Source: a virus
IMG/VR virus record: IMGVR_UViG_3300042991_000131
Span: 12,821-76,820 of that record
Strand: one strand, 5' to 3'
Length of the DNA stretch: 64,000 nucleotides
The translations under genes and the position numbers were made by a program. Under the pieces are notes generated by a model. The model was not told the origin of the DNA. It did no database searches and saw only the letters and a program-made list of their open reading frames with translations. Of this stretch, positions 31,137-39,557 are shown one piece after another; position 1 is the first letter of the stretch, and every line of letters starts with the position of its first letter.

Positions 31137-32096
31137 GTGGGTGATATCAAGAAGATTAGCTTAGCCCTCATTCGTGAGAACGAGGTTGCTCTGCGTACCG
31201 TCAACCGTGAGTCCGAGGATTACCTGGGCCTGGTTGAGTCGATCCGCCAGAAGGGCTTCATGGGCGCGATTACCGTCCGTGCGAAGGTCGATGCCGAGAC
31301 GAAGGAGCATTTCTACGAGCTAATCGACGGCCTCCATCGCTTCAACGCGTCGAAGGACGCGGGGCTGTCGGAGATTAACGTCGATGTGGTGGATCTGAAT
31401 GAGGACCAGGTTCTCGAAGCTCAGATCATGACGAACATCCACAAGGTGGAGACCCGTCCGGTCGAGTATTCGCAGCAGCTCAAGCGCATCCTGACCCGCA
31501 ATCCGCTGATGACCGAGAGCGAGCTGGCTGTCAAGCTCGGCAAGTCGCCGGTCTGGATTAAGGAGCGTCTGGGCCTGACCAAGATCACCAACAGCGAGAT
31601 TACTGCCCTCATCAACGATGGCAAGATCAAGCTGGCCAACGCCTACGCTCTGGCCAAGCTGCCCGAGACCGAGCAGCAGGACTTCGTTGAGCGTGCGATG
31701 ACCCTCAGCCCGGACGAGTTCGTTCCGGCTGTCCAGGCTCGCGTCAAGGAGATTAACGAAGCCAAGCGTCAGGGCAAGGAAGCCGGCGCCGCCGAGTTCG
31801 TCCCGACCCCGCACCTCCAGAAGCTCAGCGACCTCAAGGCGCTGCTGGAAAACCGTACCGCTGCTGCCAAGCTCGTCGCGGGCGTGTCGGATCCGGTCGA
31901 GGCTGCCATCATCGCGATTAAGTGGGCGCTCCACCTTGACGCCGACAGCGTTGCCGCTGCCAAGGCCAAGGATGATGCCCGCCGCGCCGAGCAGGCCGAG
32001 GCGAAGAAGAAGCGCGATCAGGCGAAGCTGGAGAAGGCTGCCGCCGCCGCGAAGGATGCCGCTGAGAAGGCCGCCGCTGCCGCGAAGCAGGGCTAA
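31137..32096 (+). CDS. ParB/Spo0J-like protein 1
   Basis: LVESIRQKG...ITVR...YELIDGLHRF..., HTH TESELAVKLGKS..WIKERL; GTG start with AAGGAG RBS; Ala/Lys-rich tail. Confidence 0.85.
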   Translation: MGDIKKISLALIRENEVALRTVNRESEDYLGLVESIRQKGFMGAITVRAKVDAETKEHFYELIDGLHRFNASKDAGLSEINVDVVDLNEDQVLEAQIMTNIHKVETRPVEYSQQLKRILTRNPLMTESELAVKLGKSPVWIKERLGLTKITNSEITALINDGKIKLANAYALAKLPETEQQDFVERAMTLSPDEFVPAVQARVKEINEAKRQGKEAGAAEFVPTPHLQKLSDLKALLENRTAAAKLVAGVSDPVEAAIIAIKWALHLDADSVAAAKAKDDARRAEQAEAKKKRDQAKLEKAAAAAKDAAEKAAAAAKQG

Positions 32097-32529
32097 TCAT
32101 TTGAGGAGCGCGCTCCTCAAAGTCCTACGGGATTAAGTCCTGTAGTTGAATAAGTTTCCTGGCCCGGCTTATTAAAGCAGAGCTTCGCCGACCGCGTGGA
32201 TTAGATACCCACAAATACCGGCTTCTTAGCGGGCAACAGAAGCGCAACTATTAATCAAGTGAGATCGTCGCACTAAGCTGCGTAGACCCACTTACAATCA
32301 CAACAAATAGCGCTATTGGTGCGTACTGCACTTGACGGCGGGTAAATAGCCGCGCTCTTTTGGTGGTAGATGATTAACAGATAGAGAGATATGCCGTATC
32401 AGTGAGCTAGGTGTGGGCATACCCGTTAGAGGAATCTCACTGCAACTATCTGTTAATCATCTGCCACCAAAAGACCTTGGTTAATGTCCTGATTAGCTAA
32501 TCATTCAACACGAACCGAGGACATTCAAC
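32097..32529 (+). ncRNA. Structured intergenic RNA or leader (about 9 hairpins)
   Basis: No ORF of 60 aa or more; serial stems incl. 29-bp IR 32356-32384/32446-32474 and RBS-occluding stem. Confidence 0.5.
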
Positions 32530-33177
32530 ATGGGCGAACTCATTAATCTTGCCGGAGCCGGCGCAGTTCAAAAGTACGACGATAAGGCTTTCGAGGCTTC
32601 GGCTTCGAGCGGCAATTATCTTCCTCGTCTGCAACTGATGACCAGCAACAGTGAGAAGTGCAAGAGTGGCGAATTTCCGATTAACAACTATGCTCTAGTC
32701 GTTGGAGAAATTTACAACGATCTTGGCAAGGAGACTGATGTTCTTCTGATTGCTTGGCGCCCGAAGGCCATCGAGATGGGTGACGCTGTGATTAGCGTCT
32801 ACAATCACGAGGACGATGAGTTCAAGCGGATCGCGGCGAAGAGCGAGCAGCCTAATTCGGGTTGCATGTTCGGACCTGAGTTCCTGGTGTGGGTGCCTTC
32901 CAAGAAGAAGTTTGCAACCTTCTTCCTGGGTAGCAAGTCTGGTCGCAAGGAAGCCCCTGCGCTCAAGGCTCTGCTCCAGCAGGCTGCCACGCTGAAGTCG
33001 AAGAAGATTAGCACCCCTCAGTTCACCTGGTTTGCTGCTCAGGCCGTTCCGTGCAACACGCCGTTCGATATCCCTGCAATGGACGATATCAAGGTGGAAT
33101 TGGAGAAGTTCAACAATCCGCCAGCTAAGACAGCCGAGAAGGCGCCTGACGCTGGCACCGAAGGTCGCGCCCGATAA
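32530..33177 (+). CDS. Putative single-stranded DNA-binding protein
   Basis: Aromatic-rich, high-expression codons, replication context, followed by terminator. Confidence 0.45.
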   Translation: MGELINLAGAGAVQKYDDKAFEASASSGNYLPRLQLMTSNSEKCKSGEFPINNYALVVGEIYNDLGKETDVLLIAWRPKAIEMGDAVISVYNHEDDEFKRIAAKSEQPNSGCMFGPEFLVWVPSKKKFATFFLGSKSGRKEAPALKALLQQAATLKSKKISTPQFTWFAAQAVPCNTPFDIPAMDDIKVELEKFNNPPAKTAEKAPDAGTEGRAR

Positions 33178-33185
33178 CGGAATGG

Positions 33186-33219
33186 AGGCCAGGATATCGA
33201 AAGGTATCCTGGCCTTTTT
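33186..33219 (+). terminator. Intrinsic terminator
   Basis: AGGCCAGGATATC-GAAA-GGTATCCTGGCCT then TTTT. Confidence 0.75.
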
Positions 33220-33224
33220 CGTTT

Positions 33225-33300
33225 GCTGTTGTAGCTCAGTCGGTAGAGCACCGCTTTTGTAAAGCGGGGGTCGCGTGTTCAAGTCACGCCGACAGCACCA
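33225..33300 (+). tRNA. tRNA-Thr(TGT)
   Basis: Full cloverleaf: GCTGTTG/CGACAGC, loop TTTGTAA, TTCAAGT, encoded CCA. Confidence 0.93.
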
Positions 33301-33319
33301 ATCATTCCACGGAGCCAAG

Positions 33320-33799
33320 ATGCTTACGCCAGTAGCTTGTACAATTGTTGATTGGCAAACATATATTGCCATTCACGAGAAGCTTGGTATACCTGCGCCT
33401 ACACGGGCGTTAGATGGTATTGGATTAGATCCTAAGTCACCCGCTAGTTTCCTTGCCACTGTTGGTGGCCTGGATCCTACGAGTAACTTGCGTAGGGCTT
33501 ATGTTAATAAGCATACCGATCTAATCCACATGATATATGTTATCGAATCGGAAGATGATCTACTGGCTAATCTGCAACAGACTAGACTCGTGTGTGTTAA
33601 TCATGGTGAAGTCACATTTCTAAGTGGTACTTTAACACAGTTCATGGATGCGATTATCTCTTGTTCAGTACGCAACAATCCGTTACTAAGACTGATGAAC
33701 GCGCTGTTCGTATATCTCGATAGAGGCGGCTTCAAAGAGTGCTTCTACGATTACACACGCGAGTCAGACAACTCAACATTCACACTCAAACATAGATAA
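33320..33799 (+). CDS. Hypothetical protein, possible degenerate ThyX-like fold
   Basis: ATG 33320 with GGAG RBS; SGTLTQF resembles ThyX xGNLRxW. Confidence 0.4.
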   Translation: MLTPVACTIVDWQTYIAIHEKLGIPAPTRALDGIGLDPKSPASFLATVGGLDPTSNLRRAYVNKHTDLIHMIYVIESEDDLLANLQQTRLVCVNHGEVTFLSGTLTQFMDAIISCSVRNNPLLRLMNALFVYLDRGGFKECFYDYTRESDNSTFTLKHR

Positions 33800-33810
33800 G
33801 GCGGTTTCTA

Positions 33811-35832
33811 ATGCTAGCAAAAGGCCAAGTTAAGTTAGTTAAGATGCGTGTAGGTGACTACATGTATCCGGTCACGCTCACATGTACCGGTACACGCATT
33901 GAGACACAGTTCGGCTACAATCCGAAGTTGCAAGCTGAGATTAAGATGATGCAGGGAGCCAAGTATCATGGCTTCGATGAAACTAATCCTCGCAAGATGT
34001 GGTCGGTAGCAAACTCATTCCGCAATTGGTTCCAGATTAAGTACCTAATGGGTGAGAACCCTTATGCATGGTATGACCGTAAGCCATTGGAGTTGACGTT
34101 TGATCGTGACCTGATGAGCCATCAGAGGATGATGGTTAATCATGGCATGACATATCACTACATGATATGGGCGTGCGAAATGGGCACTGGTAAGTCGCTC
34201 GCGGCCATCGAGATTGCCGAGCGTTGTGGTTATAAGGATATCTGGTACATCGGTCCTCGCAGCGGTGTCAAGGCTGTTGGCCTTGAGTTAATCAAGTGGA
34301 ATGCTAAGGTCAAGATTCGCATGATGACGTATGAGCAACTTGTCACGATTGTCCAGAACTGGAAGCCGGGTGACCCTGCTCCGCAGATGCTAATCTATGA
34401 TGAAGCTTCCAAGATTAAGACGCCAACGGCTAAGCGTAGCCAGGCTGCATATCATGTTGCAGAAGCAATGAGGGCTGAACATGGCATCGAAAACTCAATC
34501 TGTCTCCTGCTCTCTGGTACGCCTGCACCGAAGTCACCTGTTGACTGGTGGCATCTTGGTGAAGTCGCTTGTCCCGGATTCATCAAAGAAGGCGATATCC
34601 ATAAGTTCAAGAATCGGCTGTGTCTCGTTGAGCAGCGTGAGTCCCTCTCAGGCGGAATGTATCCGCATCTGATTAGCTGGCTCGATGATGACAAGAAGTG
34701 CAAGACCTGTGGACAATATGCCGATCATGGCGTCCATATGCTGCACAGCAAGAAGGACGCTGTTGACGCTACCTTGAATAAGCTCCAGGGATTCAAGTTC
34801 GGTGGCAAGACTGAGGAAGCTGCTAAGCCTACTGAGGCTAAGCCTACCAGTGTTGAGCCTCATGCTTGGGCGCCGTCCAAGAATGAGGTTGCCTATCTCT
34901 ATGAGCGCATGAAGGGATTAGTTATAGTTCTGTTCAAGAAGGACTGCATGGACCTTCCTGAGAAGCGGTACGTTGAACTTCGTGCCAAGCCTACTGTTGA
35001 CATGATCCGTGCTGCTCGTATGATTACTGCGCAGAGTCGCCGCGCTGTCCAAGCGCTAACATTACTAAGAGAGTTATCAGATGGCTTCCAGTACGAAGAA
35101 GTTGAGACTGGTGAAGTGCATTGCTCTGCTTGCGCTGGTGTCGGCGAGCGCGAGATACCAGTACCGATTGATGACATTGATTTAACGGCTCCGACTACTG
35201 GTGAAGGCAAGTTCACCCTCAAGATGACGCCTTGTGACAAGTGTGATGGCTCGGGCTACATGCCCAAGATGAGCCGTGAAGCACATTTCGTCGGTAGCCC
35301 GAAAGACGAGCTACTAATCGACCTGCTTGAGGATCATGAAGAGGTCGGTCGGTGCATCGTGTGGGGTGGTTTCCAGGCCACGATTGATCGTATCGTTGAC
35401 CTCTGCCACAAGCAGTCCTGGTCAACGCTTCGAATCGACGGCAGAGGATATCACGCTACTGATCCGCTTGGTAACGCACTTGACGCTAATGAGTGCTTAA
35501 TCGCTATGGACGCCTCGCATAAGGACTCAAAGGCACTTAGGGAGAAACATGATCGACTATGTGTCGTCTCCAATGCTAAGGCCGGAGGAATGGCTCTTAC
35601 TTTCACGGCCAGTCCGAGTGAAATCTTCTACTCCAATGGTTTCGATGGTGAAGCAAGATTCCAAGCAGAGGATCGTTTTCACCGTCGAGGCGCAGATAAG
35701 AATCGTGGATGCACCATCTACGATATCATCTGCCTTCCTTCAGACCTGTTAGTCCTGAATAATCTCAAGAAGAAGCGTAAGTTGCAGGACATGTCGCTCG
35801 GTGAACTATCGCTGGCTATGGAGGCCAAATGA
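33811..35832 (+). CDS. SNF2-like SF2 helicase with Zn-finger insertion
   Basis: EMGTGKS, DEAS, LSGTP, QAEDRFHRRG; CSACAGVG...CDKCDGSG. Confidence 0.85.
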   Translation: MLAKGQVKLVKMRVGDYMYPVTLTCTGTRIETQFGYNPKLQAEIKMMQGAKYHGFDETNPRKMWSVANSFRNWFQIKYLMGENPYAWYDRKPLELTFDRDLMSHQRMMVNHGMTYHYMIWACEMGTGKSLAAIEIAERCGYKDIWYIGPRSGVKAVGLELIKWNAKVKIRMMTYEQLVTIVQNWKPGDPAPQMLIYDEASKIKTPTAKRSQAAYHVAEAMRAEHGIENSICLLLSGTPAPKSPVDWWHLGEVACPGFIKEGDIHKFKNRLCLVEQRESLSGGMYPHLISWLDDDKKCKTCGQYADHGVHMLHSKKDAVDATLNKLQGFKFGGKTEEAAKPTEAKPTSVEPHAWAPSKNEVAYLYERMKGLVIVLFKKDCMDLPEKRYVELRAKPTVDMIRAARMITAQSRRAVQALTLLRELSDGFQYEEVETGEVHCSACAGVGEREIPVPIDDIDLTAPTTGEGKFTLKMTPCDKCDGSGYMPKMSREAHFVGSPKDELLIDLLEDHEEVGRCIVWGGFQATIDRIVDLCHKQSWSTLRIDGRGYHATDPLGNALDANECLIAMDASHKDSKALREKHDRLCVVSNAKAGGMALTFTASPSEIFYSNGFDGEARFQAEDRFHRRGADKNRGCTIYDIICLPSDLLVLNNLKKKRKLQDMSLGELSLAMEAK

Positions 35833-36296
35833 GCAGCGAACAAGCACGATTACTCAGATCAGCAGTTGATCTACATAAGTCGATCATGCTGATGACTGAG
35901 ACTTGGGCGAAGTGTCGGTCAAAGGATCCTAAGACTAAGGTTGGTTGTTGTATCTACGATCCTAAGACTGGCACAATGTTGTTCGGATACAACGGTTTCC
36001 CTGTCGGCATCGCCGACTTTGATTACCGCTGGGAACGTCCGACCAAGTACGAGTATGTTATCCATGCAGAAGAGAACGCTCTTCTCAAGGCCGTGCATTG
36101 TGCGTTTCCTGTAGATAGGGCAACACTCTACTGTACACATAAGCCGTGTCACAAATGCATGGGTAAGATTATCCAGATTGGTATCAAAACGATTATCTAT
36201 CAGCATAAGCATGATGATTCAAAGATTACTGACGAGTTAGCTCGCGAGGCACGGATTAGGCTTGAGTGTTTGGCCGACTATGAGATTCCATTCTGA
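35829..36296 (+). CDS. dCMP deaminase
   Basis: SKDP.TKVG, GYNG, HAEENA, PCHKC. Confidence 0.9.
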   Translation: MSSEQARLLRSAVDLHKSIMLMTETWAKCRSKDPKTKVGCCIYDPKTGTMLFGYNGFPVGIADFDYRWERPTKYEYVIHAEENALLKAVHCAFPVDRATLYCTHKPCHKCMGKIIQIGIKTIIYQHKHDDSKITDELAREARIRLECLADYEIPF

Positions 36297-36308
36297 TTTG
36301 ATTAGCAG

Positions 36309-36339
36309 TTATATTTTGTAAAGTTTTGCCGTATAGTAT
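36309..36339 (+). promoter_or_regulatory. Phage-specific promoter motif, third copy, flanked by TGATTTGATTA boxes
   Basis: TTATATTTT-GTAAAGT-TTTGCCGT-A-TAGTAT. Confidence 0.6.
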
Positions 36340-36396
36340 GTTAGAGGATAGGCACCTATGCCTGTTCTGATTTGATTACCTCCAACAAGGATTATC

Positions 36397-37254
36397 ATGG
36401 CTCTTGCATCGACTGTATTAGAAATCCCGATTAGCGAAATATTGATTGACGAGGACTTCAACTGTCGTGGGCAGATTGCGCCTATTGACGTTGTTGATCT
36501 TGCCAAAGATATCGAACGTCAGGGATTAATTCAACCTGTCACAGTGATGGCGGTTGAAGGATTACCAGACGGTAAGAAGTACAAGCTTCTTGCTGGTTTC
36601 CGGCGCTGCAAGGCTCATATTGTTCTGAAGAAGCCGACAATCTCAGCCGTCATACGTCTGGACAAGCTGACCGACGCTGACGCTCGGGTGATTAACCTAG
36701 CTGAGAACCTGCATCGCAAAGACTTAAATGTTCTCCAGGAGGCCAAAGCGATTAGGCATTTGTTCATCTTCTTTGGAGAAGCTGAAGTTGCCAATCGTCT
36801 CGGTCAGTCTCGCGGCTGGGTCCAGATACGTGCCATGCTTCTCAAGCTGCCCGAAGTCGTGCAGAAGGAAGTTGAAGCTGGCATGATTAGCCACACGAAC
36901 ATTCGTGAGCTATATGCGATCCATCGCGCTGGCAACATGGACAATCTCTACGCTGCTGTCCGCAAGATTAAGGACGGTAAGCTCAAAGGCTTGAAGAAGG
37001 TGACAGTTAATCCTGCCATCATCGGCCAAGAGGCTACTGGTAAGTTATTAAGGAATAAGAAAGAAATGGAGGCCATGACAATGTTCCTAGTCGATAGAAA
37101 GTGTAAGGGCCTGCATACTCGATTACTGGCATGGGCAGCTGGAAACGTATCGACAGAAAATATCGTTACTGATATTTCAGCTTGGGCCGATGATCAGGGC
37201 ATCGAGTTCGTTCAACCTACAAAAGAAGAATTAGAGGCAATATGCGCGCGGTGA
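36397..37254 (+). CDS. ParB/Spo0J-like protein 2
   Basis: GLIQPVTV, LLAGFRR, ENLHRKDLN..QEA, HTH. Confidence 0.88.
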   Translation: MALASTVLEIPISEILIDEDFNCRGQIAPIDVVDLAKDIERQGLIQPVTVMAVEGLPDGKKYKLLAGFRRCKAHIVLKKPTISAVIRLDKLTDADARVINLAENLHRKDLNVLQEAKAIRHLFIFFGEAEVANRLGQSRGWVQIRAMLLKLPEVVQKEVEAGMISHTNIRELYAIHRAGNMDNLYAAVRKIKDGKLKGLKKVTVNPAIIGQEATGKLLRNKKEMEAMTMFLVDRKCKGLHTRLLAWAAGNVSTENIVTDISAWADDQGIEFVQPTKEELEAICAR

Positions 37255-39014
37255 CTCCTGAAGTGTTCTTAATTTCCAAGACAAGTGATCTGGAGATTAA
37301 CGAATACATGAAGTCGATTGGTAGTCCGGCCTGGCAACCTGATGATTCAGTTAGCGATAGCGAGAATCTGGTCGAAGCTGCTGGTCGCATGTGCTATCGG
37401 TCTTGGGAGCCTTATAACAGCGAAAAGAAGGACGCTACTAATCCTAACGTCACTCGTGTTCGCAAAGGCAACGCGGCCTACATCGCTAATCTTCTTGAGA
37501 CTGGTCATGGTTGCTACGACAAAGAAACAGAGGTTCTGACAAAAGATGGTTGGAAGTTCTGGGCTGATGTAACGATGACAGATGAGTTTGCCACTATTAA
37601 TACTAAATCATATAAGATTAGCTATCAAAAACCTAGCCGTCTAGTGCGCTTCACGCACAAAGGACGCATGTATCAAGTGGATAGCCCAGAAGTGGATCTA
37701 CTTGTTACACCTAATCACAAGATGTTTGCGTGTGAGACAAGGACAAAGACTGGCCGCAAGAAAGAAAACTACGGGCTAATCATGGCATGGCAGCTTGACT
37801 GCGATAGCCATGCATATATGAAGAACGCAGCTCCGGTGGCAAGTGATGATTTGCTTGAGAGTGATATTGCTTTTGGCAAGCTGTTAGGGTTCGCTATCGG
37901 AGACGGTCATTACAGTCAAGAGCGCCTAGAGTTTCATCTAAGGAAAGAGCGCAAGATTAGCTACCTTCGTAGCATTTGCGACAGCGCCGGACTAAAATTA
38001 GAAGAAGATGGCGACAAGTTCTATGTGCGTTTCAGCACGGTATATGAGAAACAGTGCTTTGAGAATATGTACCAAGCTAATGGTGAGAAGCAGATACCGA
38101 TTAATATAACTGCTATGTGCTTTGAAGAACTCGAAGCTCTATATGACGGGCTAATCAATAGTGACGGCTGCACGACCGACACTGGCATCTGTTATGACAC
38201 AGTTAGCGCTAAGTTAGCCGGTCAGTTTCAGCAACTATGTCTGCATCTTGGCAAATCAGCAAACATCTCGCAAGCCGATTGCTATAAGGATAGAACTACT
38301 TCCTTTGGGACCAAGCCGATTTATCGGTGTTATGTGATTGAGCGCAATAATCGGCCTATTGTCAATAAGGTGAAAGGTGCTAAGGGCAGAACAAACTGGA
38401 TAGAAAACTGGGAAGGCGAAGTGTTCTGTGCTGAAGTCCCTAATCACACGTTGTATGTCAGACGTAACGGTAAGCCAGTTTGGTCTGGTAATTCAGTCCT
38501 AGAACATGCAAACATGACATTCGTCCTCAAGGACGTTAGCCGGGTCGTGACACATGAGCTTGTTCGTCATCGTGCCGGATGCGCCTATTCTCAGGAGTCC
38601 TTACGTTACGTTCGTCTCACCGACATCAAAGCTTCGATTCCTGATTGTTTCGCAAAGAATCCCGAGGCGCTTGCACTGTTCACCAGTACGATTGAACATC
38701 TTGAGTTCGTACAAAGCCAGTTGGCTGAAATCTATAAGACTGACCTCGGTGGAACGGACTTCGCCCGCAAGAAGGAACTCACATCCGCCTTTCGTCGTCT
38801 GGCACCAATTGGATTGGCCACAAGCATCACCTTCACAGCTAACATTCGTGCGCTACGTCATATAATCGAAATGCGTACCGCAATGGCTGCTGAGGCCGAG
38901 ATTAGGCTCGTGTTCAAGCAGGTGGCTACCATCTGCAAGACCGAGCATCCGAATTTCTTCTCCGACATGACAATCGGCTCGGACGGCGTGTGCTCGTTCG
39001 AGCATTCGACCTGA
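37242..39014 (+). CDS. thyX: Flavin-dependent thymidylate synthase with intein
   Basis: GRMCY, GH.SVLEH split by intein, SRVVTHELVRHR..YSQESLRY, NIRALRH. Confidence 0.9.
   Translation: MRAVTPEVFLISKTSDLEINEYMKSIGSPAWQPDDSVSDSENLVEAAGRMCYRSWEPYNSEKKDATNPNVTRVRKGNAAYIANLLETGHGCYDKETEVLTKDGWKFWADVTMTDEFATINTKSYKISYQKPSRLVRFTHKGRMYQVDSPEVDLLVTPNHKMFACETRTKTGRKKENYGLIMAWQLDCDSHAYMKNAAPVASDDLLESDIAFGKLLGFAIGDGHYSQERLEFHLRKERKISYLRSICDSAGLKLEEDGDKFYVRFSTVYEKQCFENMYQANGEKQIPINITAMCFEELEALYDGLINSDGCTTDTGICYDTVSAKLAGQFQQLCLHLGKSANISQADCYKDRTTSFGTKPIYRCYVIERNNRPIVNKVKGAKGRTNWIENWEGEVFCAEVPNHTLYVRRNGKPVWSGNSVLEHANMTFVLKDVSRVVTHELVRHRAGCAYSQESLRYVRLTDIKASIPDCFAKNPEALALFTSTIEHLEFVQSQLAEIYKTDLGGTDFARKKELTSAFRRLAPIGLATSITFTANIRALRHIIEMRTAMAAEAEIRLVFKQVATICKTEHPNFFSDMTIGSDGVCSFEHST
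37512..38492 (+). mobile_element. Intein (327 aa) with LAGLIDADG homing endonuclease
   Basis: Starts CYDKETEVLT, VTPNH block B, LLGFAIGDG and LYDGLINSDG, ends VWSGN before Ser. Confidence 0.9.
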
Positions 39015-39031
39015 GCTAACAAGCTCTTAAC

Positions 39032-39403
39032 TTGGTTCAAGAAAGGACCATCATCGTGCCAAAGCATTTTACCGCTGAAATGACTCGTGAGACTGCCGAA
39101 GCAATCGGCGCTAACACGAATCACTGTGTTACCGGCTACTACTTCTTCCGCTTCCTGGAAGGGATTAAGGTCGGCGAGACCTTGGTCCCGCTCAAGGTTG
39201 CGCTGACTGGTGAGTTCGCTCAGAAGATGGGCGTCGAAGGCAAGATCATCACGGTCAAGCCCACTGGTTTCTTCGACGAGGAAGGCGTGCGCATCGACGA
39301 CATCTGGACGATTAATCTAGTTCTCGGCGAGACGAACTTCAAGTTCGGTGTGCGCTTCAAGTGGGAAGTGACGCCCGACAAGCAGAAGATGTTCGTGAAC
39401 TAA
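39032..39403 (+). CDS. Hypothetical protein
   Basis: Strong codon bias; start uncertain. Confidence 0.55.
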   Translation: MVQERTIIVPKHFTAEMTRETAEAIGANTNHCVTGYYFFRFLEGIKVGETLVPLKVALTGEFAQKMGVEGKIITVKPTGFFDEEGVRIDDIWTINLVLGETNFKFGVRFKWEVTPDKQKMFVN

Positions 39404-39557
39404 TCGTTCACATGGTCGTGACCGAATTAGCCGGTCGCGTAACTTGGAGGCTATTTGCAAGCCTCCTGACCATGAATGGCTGTGAAAGGATTAACACTCG
39501 TTGTGTTAGTCTGAGTCTTAGCGGGCAACACAGCCATTCATAGTCAGGAGAAACAAC
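39395..39557 (+). promoter_or_regulatory. Structured leader with alternative folds over the MTase RBS
   Basis: Three-way junction 39411-39474 versus stem 39463-39484/39529-39550 covering AGGAG. Confidence 0.5.

Noticed and set aside
32196-32212. 16S rRNA gene fragment or contamination
   Set aside because: The match is only 13 nt and the flanks are not rRNA.
32097-32474. Retron msr-msd or DGR template
   Set aside because: A long inverted repeat is present, but there is no reverse transcriptase in the window and no TR/VR pair was seen.
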